A DNA stretch of 64,000 nucleotides from Fibrobacteria bacterium (GTDB lineage Bacteria > Fibrobacterota > Fibrobacteria > UBA11236). The notes beneath the pieces were generated by a model. The model was not told the DNA's origin, ran no database searches, and saw only the letters and a program-made list of their open reading frames with translations. The number at the start of each line of letters is the position of its first letter. Position 1 is the stretch's first letter. The translations under genes and the position numbers were made by a program. The stretch covers positions 32,001 to 96,000 of the forward strand of contig JAYTSD010000037.1 in assembly GCA_043745805.1 (NCBI GenBank), read 5' to 3'. Of this stretch, positions 18,197 to 27,563 are shown piece by piece.

Positions 18197-19738
18197 ATGG
18201 GCCAGAAAAGCAAATTCCATTTAGAAGTAAAAAATAGTTTCTTGCGAATATTCACGCTCCTATTAGCGATACATATTTGTTCCTTTGCCCAAAACTATCA
18301 AAACGATTCCTTGGCAGTAAAAGCAATATTAAATGCCATAGGTAAAAATAATGTTGCCGTAGAAAATGTTAGCACCGTACATAATGGCCGCATCGACACT
18401 TTACGCCTGGCGAAACTGCAAATCACGGCTTTGCCCTCCGACTTAGCCAATTTAACTGGCTTACAAAGTTTGAATTTAGATTCGAATTTTCTCACAACAA
18501 TACCTGCCGGAATATTTCATTTAACCGCATTGTTAAGGCTGCAAATGCAGGCCAATCGCCTAACTCAAATTCCCGACAGCATTTCTCAATTAGTAGAATT
18601 ACGCATCCTCGATTTACGCCACAATGAATTAACTTCCATCCCCACTGTAGTTAGCGGCTTAAATAAATTAGTGGTATTGTATCTGGGAGACAATCGCCTT
18701 CAAAATCTGGATACTAATTTCGCGATTATCCAATTCGATACCGTAACCTATAAAATACATCCTCTCGATCTTTCCGAAAATCGTTTATGTAATTTACCTA
18801 CCGCGCTTAAAAATTGGGCACAAGCGTTCGATCCCGGTTGGGAGAGTAAACAATATTGTGCGGAGTATTTGAATGATTCCGCAGTAATACGAAATGTATT
18901 AAATAGCCTAGGCTTACAGGACTCAAGCCTTTCCGTTTATAGTCGACCGAGTGCAGGCCGTATACAGACTTTGCGCTTAGTGAATAAAGGGCTAACACTA
19001 GTCCCCGAAGCATTAATGCAGCTTACAGGATTGACCAGTTTGTTTTTAGATAGTAATCAATTAAGCACTTTACCTTCAACATTTTCGCAACTAAGTAATT
19101 TAAAAGCCTTGAGTTTAATGAAAAATAATTTCATGACTTTTCCAGAAACGATTACCCAATTAGTGAATGTGAAAATTCTGGTTTTTTCCGGGAATCAAAT
19201 TCAAGCTTTACCCAATGGTGTGGGAAACTTAAGAAAAATGACAACGCTGGTACTTAATCACAATAATTTAACGACTTTACCCTTTGAAATAGGTGCTTTG
19301 AATGGATTACAAATACTGGACATTGCTGCAAATCACCTGAATAGTTTACCCGATGAAATAGTCACATTAAAGCCGCAAATATTAGTGTTAGCAGGAAATC
19401 CACTTTGCGCGCTTTCAAGTTTGGTTACAACATGGGCAAATACCTATGCGGCAGGTTGGGCACCGGCAAATACTTGTTCAACAGTAATATTATCACAGAC
19501 CAGTTCTAAATCAGAACAAATTTATTGGACTAAAGTGGCCGAGGGTGTTCGCGTATCTTTTCCGAAGCCTATGCAAAAGGCTACGCTATATAAAATAGGT
19601 GGCGAAAAAATAGTATTACCCATTAACGGAGTGAAAAAAGAATTTTTATGGAAAACAAGTGAATGGCAAGTGGGACTGTATTTTTTGCAACTCCAAGGGG
19701 AAAATACTAGTGTAACCTTAAGGATACCTCGGTTTTAA
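18197..19738 (+). CDS. Secreted leucine-rich-repeat protein with two Cys-capped LRR modules and a T9SS-like C-terminal domain
   Basis: LxxLxLxxNxL repeats; signal-like N-terminus; duplicated NDS..V..ILN cap and N.LC.L...W...W...C cap; tail ...GLYFLQLQ. Confidence 0.85.
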   Translation: MGQKSKFHLEVKNSFLRIFTLLLAIHICSFAQNYQNDSLAVKAILNAIGKNNVAVENVSTVHNGRIDTLRLAKLQITALPSDLANLTGLQSLNLDSNFLTTIPAGIFHLTALLRLQMQANRLTQIPDSISQLVELRILDLRHNELTSIPTVVSGLNKLVVLYLGDNRLQNLDTNFAIIQFDTVTYKIHPLDLSENRLCNLPTALKNWAQAFDPGWESKQYCAEYLNDSAVIRNVLNSLGLQDSSLSVYSRPSAGRIQTLRLVNKGLTLVPEALMQLTGLTSLFLDSNQLSTLPSTFSQLSNLKALSLMKNNFMTFPETITQLVNVKILVFSGNQIQALPNGVGNLRKMTTLVLNHNNLTTLPFEIGALNGLQILDIAANHLNSLPDEIVTLKPQILVLAGNPLCALSSLVTTWANTYAAGWAPANTCSTVILSQTSSKSEQIYWTKVAEGVRVSFPKPMQKATLYKIGGEKIVLPINGVKKEFLWKTSEWQVGLYFLQLQGENTSVTLRIPRF

Positions 19739-21024
19739 AAGGGGTCGCGTGTCATACGACCCATATGGCCACCATGAATGCCTATATCATTTACGCTTTC
19801 GTCACGATTATTAAAACTTTTATTGACATGACCAGCATGTGTGAGTTTAGAGTAGCTAGAAAGTAAATAAGACCCTTTTCCCAAAAGCTCAAAAGGTTTT
19901 GCGGCTTTTGCCTTTCTCTTCCACCACTTTCCTCGCGCCTTTTTTTCCAACTCCGCAATTTGTGGATCTTTTACTAAATGCCCTGGAGTATCGAGATTCA
20001 AGTCATTTTGTTGTGCCAATTTAAAACCCGTGGAATTAAAAAAAAGCGGATCGGTCAACAAATTAAAATTAGCATCACAAGTATCATTATTTGGATTTTG
20101 ATGGTTTAAGCGTAAAATGTGAAATGGACATTTATAACAATGTTCTTCTCCATTATTGGCAAATGCATTATTTAATATTTGCACGTTTAAGCGACTATCC
20201 GACCAAATACCATAAGTTTTGTTTTCATAAAAAATATTATTAGCAATTTTAGGATTACTTTCTTCTGTATAAATTCCTGCACTTTGATTGCTGAGAAAGT
20301 TGTTATTGGTAATAATGGGTTTGCTTTTGTGTATCAAATAAATACCCGTATTATTGTGCAAAAAAATATTATGATGAATAAAGAAAGTGCTTTTTCGTAA
20401 ATGTAGGGCATGATGAGCATTCTTAAATGAAGCAAATCCAATTTCGACTTGTTCGGCGTTTTGGCCATAAAAACGTAGGCCATCCCATTTGGTTTTTGTG
20501 GAAAGCGTGTCCATGCTTTGAAAAATAACAGGTTGTTCTTCAGAACCTAAAACATAAAATGAACCTTCGATTTTAATACCGACATAAAGTGAATCTGCAA
20601 AGTCTTCAAATTTTGGTTTTGCCGGAACATCGGATTCTAAATCCTCTTCTGCTAGGCTTTTCTCTTCATGCTTGTCTGCAGATTTAGCCTCGATTTTTTT
20701 GGGGGAAGACTCGCCTTTATGGTATTTTTCTTTAGGGTGTTCTTTTTCCTTGGGTTGGTTTTCCTCAAGTTGTTTTTGCTTTTCGACTTCTTCGGCACAG
20801 GGTTTAGGGGAAGTAAAAAGTACCACTACACCGGCTTCAATTCTTAGCCTAGAATTTTCGGGAATAGTAATATCATTAGTGACAATATAAGGGGATTCGG
20901 CTAAAGTCCAATCGGTTGGTAAACGAATTTCGCCGCAGACTTCGGTTTTGGCAAATAATAGGGGCCACATGCCCAATGCTATAATGTTTAGGAATAGATT
21001 TTTTAACCACTTCATATCTCGCAT
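19735..21024 (-). CDS. Secreted right-handed parallel beta-helix (NosD-like) protein
   Basis: WTLAESPYIV, GSEEQPVIF, WDGL, repeated NN.F..N..GI, DPLF, DIGIHGG; signal-like N-terminus. Confidence 0.7.
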   Translation of the reverse strand: MRDMKWLKNLFLNIIALGMWPLLFAKTEVCGEIRLPTDWTLAESPYIVTNDITIPENSRLRIEAGVVVLFTSPKPCAEEVEKQKQLEENQPKEKEHPKEKYHKGESSPKKIEAKSADKHEEKSLAEEDLESDVPAKPKFEDFADSLYVGIKIEGSFYVLGSEEQPVIFQSMDTLSTKTKWDGLRFYGQNAEQVEIGFASFKNAHHALHLRKSTFFIHHNIFLHNNTGIYLIHKSKPIITNNNFLSNQSAGIYTEESNPKIANNIFYENKTYGIWSDSRLNVQILNNAFANNGEEHCYKCPFHILRLNHQNPNNDTCDANFNLLTDPLFFNSTGFKLAQQNDLNLDTPGHLVKDPQIAELEKKARGKWWKRKAKAAKPFELLGKGSYLLSSYSKLTHAGHVNKSFNNRDESVNDIGIHGGHMGRMTRDPF

Positions 21025-21060
21025 AGGCTACATTGTACGATGCCAAGCGGTGGTTTGCAA

Positions 21061-21792
21061 TTAAGTGGATTTAGTTTTACGCGATTTTATCCCTAAATTT
21101 TGCAGTTTCAAAATTTGCCCAGCGGCATAGCCTGCTCCAAAACCATTATCAATATTGACCACAGTAATGCCTGGTGAACAAGCATTAAGCATACTTAAGA
21201 GCGCCGCTAAGCCTTCAAAAGAAGAGCCATATCCCACTGAAGTGGGGACTGCAATAATGGGTTTATCTGTTAATCCACCGATTACACTAGGAAGCGCCGC
21301 ATCCATTCCTGCCACGACCACAATTACCGAAGCTTTTTTTAAAGCCTCAGTATGGGCTAATAAGCGATGTATTCCCGCTACACCCACATCATAAAGAGTT
21401 TTGATTTCACACCCCATCAATTTTGCGGTTAGGGCGGCTTCTTCAGCGATAGGAATGTCACTAGTGCCGGCGCAGACGAATAAAATATGGCCTTGCTTTA
21501 ATTGCCTGAGTTTTACTTGTTGAGCGCTTCCCGCATAGTAAATACAGTTTGCTAAAGGGTGATGACAAATAAGCGGAAATTTTTTTTGTAATTGCGCAAA
21601 AACTTCAGGTTGGGTTCGAGTAATAAGTAGGCGACCGGATTGTTGTAAAATTTTGAGCGCAATTTTTACGGATTGAGAAATAGTTTTTCCTTGCCCAAAA
21701 ATTACTTCTGGAAATCCTTTGCGCCTTTCTCTGTCCTGATCAATTCGGGCAAAGCGATATGGGGAAACCTTAAAAAACTCAGAAATAGTCAT
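21061..21792 (-). CDS. larB: Nickel-pincer cofactor biosynthesis protein LarB (AIR carboxylase-like)
   Basis: RKGFPEVIFGQGKT, AGTSDIPIAEEA, DVGVAGIHRL, PTSVGYG, VVNIDNGFGAG. Confidence 0.92.
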   Translation of the reverse strand: MTISEFFKVSPYRFARIDQDRERRKGFPEVIFGQGKTISQSVKIALKILQQSGRLLITRTQPEVFAQLQKKFPLICHHPLANCIYYAGSAQQVKLRQLKQGHILFVCAGTSDIPIAEEAALTAKLMGCEIKTLYDVGVAGIHRLLAHTEALKKASVIVVVAGMDAALPSVIGGLTDKPIIAVPTSVGYGSSFEGLAALLSMLNACSPGITVVNIDNGFGAGYAAGQILKLQNLGIKSRKTKST

Positions 21793-21892
21793 AATTTTAT
21801 CTTTTAATTTAAGAAATATATGCCGCCTAACCTTGGGATAGGCATTACAATTAAATAGAGAAAAAAAATTAGGAAGGAAACCTTAGGTTTTC

Positions 21893-22921
21893 ATGGCAAT
21901 TATTGATCTAAATCAGGTTCCAGTGCGCGTTTCGGAAATCAAAAAATATACGCCCAATACTCCTTTGGGTAAAAAACTTTTGGTAGTTTTCGAGTTAAGC
22001 TTAGAGCATCCTTTTATTCCAGCCTTGATATTTGGATCTTTGGTCCATGGCATACGATTGGCGATTCATTTGTTTTTGGGCGCGTCATGGCAAAGTTTTT
22101 TTCCGCATCAATCTTTGCTTTACCTTAGTTGGTTGCCCGAATTTTTATTGCCCTATTTAGGTTTAATATTCATTAATATCCCGCATAAAAAAATTAATGA
22201 AGCTATGCATGAGCGAATTTTAGAAGGCCTAGATCGCGGCAATGAAATTCAAAAAGTAAGCATCTTTGGATTTGCAAAAATTTCCGAAGTTCGCGATCCC
22301 GACACTGGCGATCATATTGTCCGCATGAGTCATTACTCCCGTTTGTTAGCTGAAGAGGTGGGCAAACTTCCTGAGTATGAAAGTTATGTTACGCGTAATT
22401 ATTGCGATGAAATTTTTATATCGGCTCCTTTGCATGATATTGGTAAAGTGGGTATTCGTGATGACATATTAAAAAAACGCGGGGATTTGAGTTCCGCCGA
22501 ATTCGACATTATGAAAATGCACACCATTATTGGTGGTGATTTATTGCATGAATTGGAAATGAAATTAGGCTGGCGCACTTTTTACTCGCTAAGTAAACAA
22601 ATTGCTTATCATCATCATCAGCGTTTTGACGGTACAGGTTACCCTAATGTGCTAGGATCGTCAAAGGCTATGTTCATCGATTCCGGCATTGGAGCTCCTT
22701 TAAAGGGCAAAGACATTCCTCTTTCGGCTCGTATAGTCGCTTTGGCAGATGTATATGACGCATTGTCCTCTCGCCGCTGTTATAAAGAACCTTTTCCTTT
22801 AGACAAATGCCGAGAAATGATAGTTGCCGATTCCGGTAGACATTTTGACCCCGAATTAGTCCAAGCCTTTTTACGCATCGAACCTGCTTTTATCCGCACG
22901 GCACAAGAATACAGCAAATAA
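21893..22921 (+). CDS. Membrane-anchored HD-GYP phosphodiesterase
   Basis: RDPDTGDHIVR, LHDIGKVGI, HHQRFDGTGYP, ARIVALADVYDAL, HFDP; two N-terminal hydrophobic segments. Confidence 0.88.
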   Translation: MAIIDLNQVPVRVSEIKKYTPNTPLGKKLLVVFELSLEHPFIPALIFGSLVHGIRLAIHLFLGASWQSFFPHQSLLYLSWLPEFLLPYLGLIFINIPHKKINEAMHERILEGLDRGNEIQKVSIFGFAKISEVRDPDTGDHIVRMSHYSRLLAEEVGKLPEYESYVTRNYCDEIFISAPLHDIGKVGIRDDILKKRGDLSSAEFDIMKMHTIIGGDLLHELEMKLGWRTFYSLSKQIAYHHHQRFDGTGYPNVLGSSKAMFIDSGIGAPLKGKDIPLSARIVALADVYDALSSRRCYKEPFPLDKCREMIVADSGRHFDPELVQAFLRIEPAFIRTAQEYSK

Positions 22922-23000
22922 ACGCCCTTTACAAAACTTAAATGCACCCCTTTTGGCGAGCGGTTTTTTATCTTAATCCCGTCAAAATAAAAGAGGGTTT

Positions 23001-23969
23001 ATGCATATCGTAGTAACAGGTGGTTGCGGTTTTATTGGGGCGAATTTCGTTCGCATGCTTTTACAAAATGATAAAGGTTGGCGTATCACCAATATCGACA
23101 AATTAACCTATGCGGGGAATTTGGAAAACCTTTCTGATTTAAGCGCGTCCCCAAATTATCGTTTTGTACAGGCGGATATTTGCGATAAAGCTAAGATGGT
23201 GGAAGTGCTTTCCGACAATGTGGATGCTGTGGTGCATTTTGCTGCGGAATCTCATGTAGATAGAAGTATTGATGGCCCCGAAGTTTTTGTGCAAACTAAT
23301 GTACTGGGGACGGCTGTATTATTAGATGCCGCAAAAAAAGGTAATGTGAAACGCTTTTTGCACGTGTCTACAGATGAAGTTTATGGTTCCTTAGGCGCTA
23401 CGGGTTACTTTTCAGAAACCACGCCGCTTTCGCCAAACTCTCCCTATTCGGCCAGTAAAACCGGATCGGATTTATTAGTAGCAGCCTATTTTCATACTTT
23501 TAAAATGGATACTGTGATCACGCGTTGTTCTAATAATTATGGCCCTTATCAATATCCCGAAAAATTGATTCCACTTTTAGTCACTAATCTTATCGACAAT
23601 AAACAAATTCCAATTTATGGCGATGGATTAAATATTCGTGATTGGTTACATGTAGCCGATCATTGCTCGGGCATTCTATTGGCCTTAGAAAAAGGTCGCG
23701 CTGGGGAAGTATATAATATCGGCGGTAATAATGAATGGACGAATATTAATATTGCTAAAAAATTATTAGGTCTTTTGGGTAAAGATGAAAGCAGCATACA
23801 TTATGTAGATGACCGTTTGGGTCATGATCGACGTTATGCTATCGACGCTTCTAAAATCCGCAAAGAATTAGGTTGGGAACCGAAATACAATTTTGAAACC
23901 GGCATTGTCGAAACCGTGAATTGGTATAAGGACCAAGAAAAATGGTGGCGACCTTTAAAGAAGGCGTAA
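23001..23969 (+). CDS. rfbB: dTDP-glucose 4,6-dehydratase
   Basis: TGGCGFIG, DKLTYAGN, AAESHVDRSI, STDEVYG, YSASK, GHDRRYA. Confidence 0.96.
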   Translation: MHIVVTGGCGFIGANFVRMLLQNDKGWRITNIDKLTYAGNLENLSDLSASPNYRFVQADICDKAKMVEVLSDNVDAVVHFAAESHVDRSIDGPEVFVQTNVLGTAVLLDAAKKGNVKRFLHVSTDEVYGSLGATGYFSETTPLSPNSPYSASKTGSDLLVAAYFHTFKMDTVITRCSNNYGPYQYPEKLIPLLVTNLIDNKQIPIYGDGLNIRDWLHVADHCSGILLALEKGRAGEVYNIGGNNEWTNINIAKKLLGLLGKDESSIHYVDDRLGHDRRYAIDASKIRKELGWEPKYNFETGIVETVNWYKDQEKWWRPLKKA

Positions 23970-23984
23970 ATTGTACGCTTGGAA

Positions 23985-24347
23985 TTAAATACTGAAATCG
24001 ATTTTTAAATTTTTTGCTAAAATTTTCAGCCGTTTATCTTCTGTCCATAGTTGGGATTGAAACAGAAACGCCGATCCTAATAAATTAATATCCGTCCAGC
24101 CTACACCTTTTCCAAAAAGACTGTGATGTTGAATAAAATGCAGAGTCTCCTCTAAATCCATAGTGGGAGCTTGTGGTAAGGTTTGTAATAGATCTAAAAC
24201 TTCACTGCGGTTTTTAAGAAACCCACAAGCAATTTCTCCAACTACAAAAGGGTGGCAGCATACATTGCCATCGATTAATAATTTTTTAAGCTCGTCGTTT
24301 CCTTCACGTAAATATTGAATCCAAATGGATGTATCTACGAGAATCAT
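23985..24347 (-). CDS. vapC: VapC-type PIN-domain toxin
   Basis: MILVDTSIWI, VGEIACG, GWTD, LWTEDKRL; ATGA overlap with the antitoxin. Confidence 0.9.
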   Translation of the reverse strand: MILVDTSIWIQYLREGNDELKKLLIDGNVCCHPFVVGEIACGFLKNRSEVLDLLQTLPQAPTMDLEETLHFIQHHSLFGKGVGWTDINLLGSAFLFQSQLWTEDKRLKILAKNLKIDFSI

Positions 24348-24541
24348 TTAGGCAAAGTATTTCTACGAGGGATAGCCTTTAAATTTTTTTCACTGCCTCC
24401 TAGCGCAGCCAGTCGCTTGCGGCTTTCCATTGCAATGAGCGATTCTAAGCCCATTCGTACCAAGGCGGTTTTTTCAGCAATACCCGTTAATTGGGAGGCT
24501 TTGGCTAAAACTGCATCGTCTATATTTAATGTTGTTCTCAT
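24344..24541 (-). CDS. vapB: VapB-type antitoxin
   Basis: MRTTLNIDD...LTGIAEKTALVRMGLESLI...LAALGG; start placed at ATG 24541. Confidence 0.88.
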   Translation of the reverse strand: MRTTLNIDDAVLAKASQLTGIAEKTALVRMGLESLIAMESRKRLAALGGSEKNLKAIPRRNTLPK

Positions 24542-24546
24542 ATGTA

Positions 24547-24573
24547 TTAGTATGCATAATTTATGCATACTAA
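24547..24573. promoter_or_regulatory. Probable vapBC operator
   Basis: Perfect 13-bp inverted repeat TTAGTATGCATAA-T-TTATGCATACTAA 5 bp upstream of the vapB ATG. Confidence 0.7.
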
Positions 24574-24672
24574 GCAAGTGAAAAATAAACCCAAAAATTT
24601 AAAATCCAGAACATTTGGTTTTGCACAAGTAGAGCTTGCCTAAACGTCACGCATTAGCCAATTTTCCAGCCT

Positions 24673-25614
24673 ATGAAAATCATTTTTATGGGAACTCCCG
24701 ATTTCGCCGTCACCAGCCTAGATGCTTTGGTAAAGGCTGGGCACGACATTTCGCTAGTCATTACACAACCGGACCGGCCTAAGGGTCGAGGCCAAAAATT
24801 AGCGGCCTCCGAGGTTAAATTAAAAGCTTTAGAATTAGGTCTTCCTGTTCATCAGCCAGAATCCTTGCGTACTCCAGAATTTCATGAAATCATTAAAAAC
24901 CAAAATGCGGATTTAATGGTGGTCGTGGCTTTTCGCATATTACCCGATAGTTTATTTCCGCTCACGCGTTTTGGAGCGGTGAATGTGCATGGCTCTTTAT
25001 TGCCAAAATATCGCGGCGCAGCGCCCATTCCTTGGGCCATTGCACAAGGCGATAGGTTTACTGGAGTTACGGTATTTCAATTGGATCAACAAATTGATCA
25101 TGGCCAAATTTTAGCGCAAACCTCTACGCCTATCGGAGAGTTTGAAACCGCCGGTGAATTGTATTTGCGCTTAAAAGAATTGGGCAAAGACGCTTTACTG
25201 GACGCTTTAGAAAAAATGCAACAAGGGAAAATTCTCCCTTTAGAGCAAAGCCATGCGGAAGCAACTCCTGCTCCCAAGCTCAAAAAAGAAGATGGTCTTA
25301 TTAATTGGACCTTGCCCGCTCGCACTTTATTTAATCGTTTACGAGCTTTTAATCCTTATCCCATAGGGTTTACCCATATAGGTAACATGGAAAATACCCC
25401 GCCTAAAACATTGCGTATTTCTCGCGCACAAGTTGTGGATGAACAAAGCCCTGGTCCAGGTAAAGTATTATTGTCCGCAGATCGCTTTCCTTTAGTGGGT
25501 TGTGGTGATGTGTGTTTGAAATTATTAGAAGTGCAGCCCGAAGGAAAACCCAAAATGGCCGCTAATGATTTTTGGAATGGTTTACAAAACCGTGACGCCA
25601 TAGTGTTGGGTTAG
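24673..25614 (+). CDS. fmt: Methionyl-tRNA formyltransferase
   Basis: IIFMGTPDFA, TQPDRPKGRG, NVHGSLLPKYRGAAPI, VQPEGK. Confidence 0.96.
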   Translation: MKIIFMGTPDFAVTSLDALVKAGHDISLVITQPDRPKGRGQKLAASEVKLKALELGLPVHQPESLRTPEFHEIIKNQNADLMVVVAFRILPDSLFPLTRFGAVNVHGSLLPKYRGAAPIPWAIAQGDRFTGVTVFQLDQQIDHGQILAQTSTPIGEFETAGELYLRLKELGKDALLDALEKMQQGKILPLEQSHAEATPAPKLKKEDGLINWTLPARTLFNRLRAFNPYPIGFTHIGNMENTPPKTLRISRAQVVDEQSPGPGKVLLSADRFPLVGCGDVCLKLLEVQPEGKPKMAANDFWNGLQNRDAIVLG

Positions 25615-25621
25615 GATTTAT

Positions 25622-26950
25622 ATGCAAGGTTTGGAATCTCGCGAAGCCGTTTTTAATGTGTTATGCGATCAGGAAGAAAAAGGACTTTTTTTAAAAGACT
25701 TGTTTCCACTTTATCTCCATAAATTAAGCGCTTTAGACCAGGGTTTGGCGCGCGAAATTTGTTTTGGATCCTTGCGTAACAAATATTTACTCGACTATAA
25801 TTTGGATTTGTATACGCCTAAGCGCGTACAAGATTTACCCTTGCGCCTAATTTTTCGATTAGCAGCCTACCAATTTTTTTTTCTGGACACTGTTCCCGTT
25901 TTTGCAGTCATAAATACTGCGGTGGAATTGGTCAAGACGCGTTTAGGACAAAAGAAAACCGGTTTCACCAATGCGGTGCTCAAAAAAATGGCCGCAGCGG
26001 GCTTGCAGAAAATGCCCGGTAATTCGCTTAAGGCCTTATCCACAAATACCTCGCATCCCTTATGGCTATTGCAAAAATGGAATCAATCCATAGGTGCGGA
26101 GAAAACGCAAAAAGCAGCCGAAATTAATAATACCGAAGCTCCCGCTTGGCTTCGTATCAATCCTTTTAAAAGTTCACTGACCGAAGTAGAAATTTTTTTA
26201 AAAGAAAATACAATCCCGTATAGCGTAACTGATGAGTTACCTAGCTATATTCAATTACAGAGTAAGATGGATGTTGCTTTACGATCGGATTTGTTTTCTC
26301 AAGGCGCTTTTTCCTTTCAAGATCCCGCAGCGTATCTAGTGGCATGCCTCACGGCTTGGAAACCCTCTCAATCCATATTGGATTTGTGTTCGGCACCCGG
26401 AGGCAAAGCGAGTTGTATTTTAGAAATGGCGGCAGCAGCGCATATGGACATATCGAATGCAAAAATATATTGCAATGATATTTCTTTTAATCGTTTACGT
26501 CGTATCAAAGATAATCGTGAACGTTTAGGTCATACGGCTCTTTTGCCATTAGTGATGAATCCTCAACAGAATGCGTTGCGGAAAAAATTCTCGCTCGTTT
26601 TAATTGATGCACCTTGCAGTAACCTTGGAGTACTACGTCGTCGACCGGAAGCGCGCTTTGCTCAAAAGCCCGAAGCCCTAAAAATATTGGCACAAAAACA
26701 AAAAGCCATTTTGGATCAAGCCGCACAATTAGTTGAGGAAAAGGGTTCACTTATTTATGCAACTTGCAGTCCCGAAGTAGAAGAAACACGAGATGTAGTG
26801 CAAGCCTTTTTGAAAAGTCATGCGGAATGGATTTTAGAGGATGCAGCAAAGTACTTGCCTGCTATTTGGGTAAAACACAAATGCCTCCACCTCTATCCAG
26901 GTGAAAGTCATTTCGATGGCTTTTTCGCAGCGCGCCTCACTAAAATTTAA
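25622..26950 (+). CDS. rsmB: 16S rRNA m5C967 methyltransferase RsmB/Sun
   Basis: NusB-like N-terminus; QD, DLCSAPGGK, DAPCS, YATCS, DGFF; follows fmt. Confidence 0.9.
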   Translation: MQGLESREAVFNVLCDQEEKGLFLKDLFPLYLHKLSALDQGLAREICFGSLRNKYLLDYNLDLYTPKRVQDLPLRLIFRLAAYQFFFLDTVPVFAVINTAVELVKTRLGQKKTGFTNAVLKKMAAAGLQKMPGNSLKALSTNTSHPLWLLQKWNQSIGAEKTQKAAEINNTEAPAWLRINPFKSSLTEVEIFLKENTIPYSVTDELPSYIQLQSKMDVALRSDLFSQGAFSFQDPAAYLVACLTAWKPSQSILDLCSAPGGKASCILEMAAAAHMDISNAKIYCNDISFNRLRRIKDNRERLGHTALLPLVMNPQQNALRKKFSLVLIDAPCSNLGVLRRRPEARFAQKPEALKILAQKQKAILDQAAQLVEEKGSLIYATCSPEVEETRDVVQAFLKSHAEWILEDAAKYLPAIWVKHKCLHLYPGESHFDGFFAARLTKI

Positions 26951-27052
26951 TATGAATTTGCCCAAAATTTGCTTTTCGAATCTGCGGAAAATTCACTAAA
27001 TATTATAATTTTAGCCCTGAATCGAATGGCTTTAGCTTAACCAAGGAAATCT

Positions 27053-27535
27053 ATGCAAGTCTCGAAAAATAAAGTTGTCGCCATGGAATATACCCTGACC
27101 GATAATAAAGGTGAAACTCTTGATAGCTCAGTGGGCGCCGATCCATTATTGTACATACAAGGTACTGGTCAAATTGTGCTTGGCTTAGAACAAGCTATGG
27201 AAGGAAAAAGTATTGGCGATGTTTTTAAAGTAGCGGTGTCACCTGAATTAGGTTACGGGATTCGCGAAGCGAAACTAGAACAAAAGGTTCCTCGCGAGGA
27301 ATTTGAAGGCGTAGATAATTTGGAAGTAGGAATGGAATTCCAAGCCGAAACCGATGCTGGCGTACGTTTAATTACCATTATTGCAATCGAAGGAGATATG
27401 ATTACCATTGATGGCAATCACCCGCTTGCAGGACAAACTTTAAACTTTGATATTAAAGTTATTTCTATACGCGAGGCTACCAAAGAGGAGCTGAGCCATG
27501 GCCATGCCCACGGTGAAGGTGGACATCATCACTAA
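27053..27535 (+). CDS. slyD: FKBP-type peptidyl-prolyl isomerase SlyD
   Basis: VAMEYTL, GLEQAMEG, DGNHPLAGQTLNF, His-rich tail. Confidence 0.95.
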   Translation: MQVSKNKVVAMEYTLTDNKGETLDSSVGADPLLYIQGTGQIVLGLEQAMEGKSIGDVFKVAVSPELGYGIREAKLEQKVPREEFEGVDNLEVGMEFQAETDAGVRLITIIAIEGDMITIDGNHPLAGQTLNFDIKVISIREATKEELSHGHAHGEGGHHH

Positions 27536-27563
27536 TTAATGCGGGCTTTTTTTAAGCCCTTTA

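Noticed and set aside
20672-20890. ORF-track 72-aa plus-strand ORF and similar antisense ORFs (e.g. 7421-7882, 55805-56341, 59872-60207)
   Set aside because: They lie opposite well-supported genes and show no family motifs or RBS
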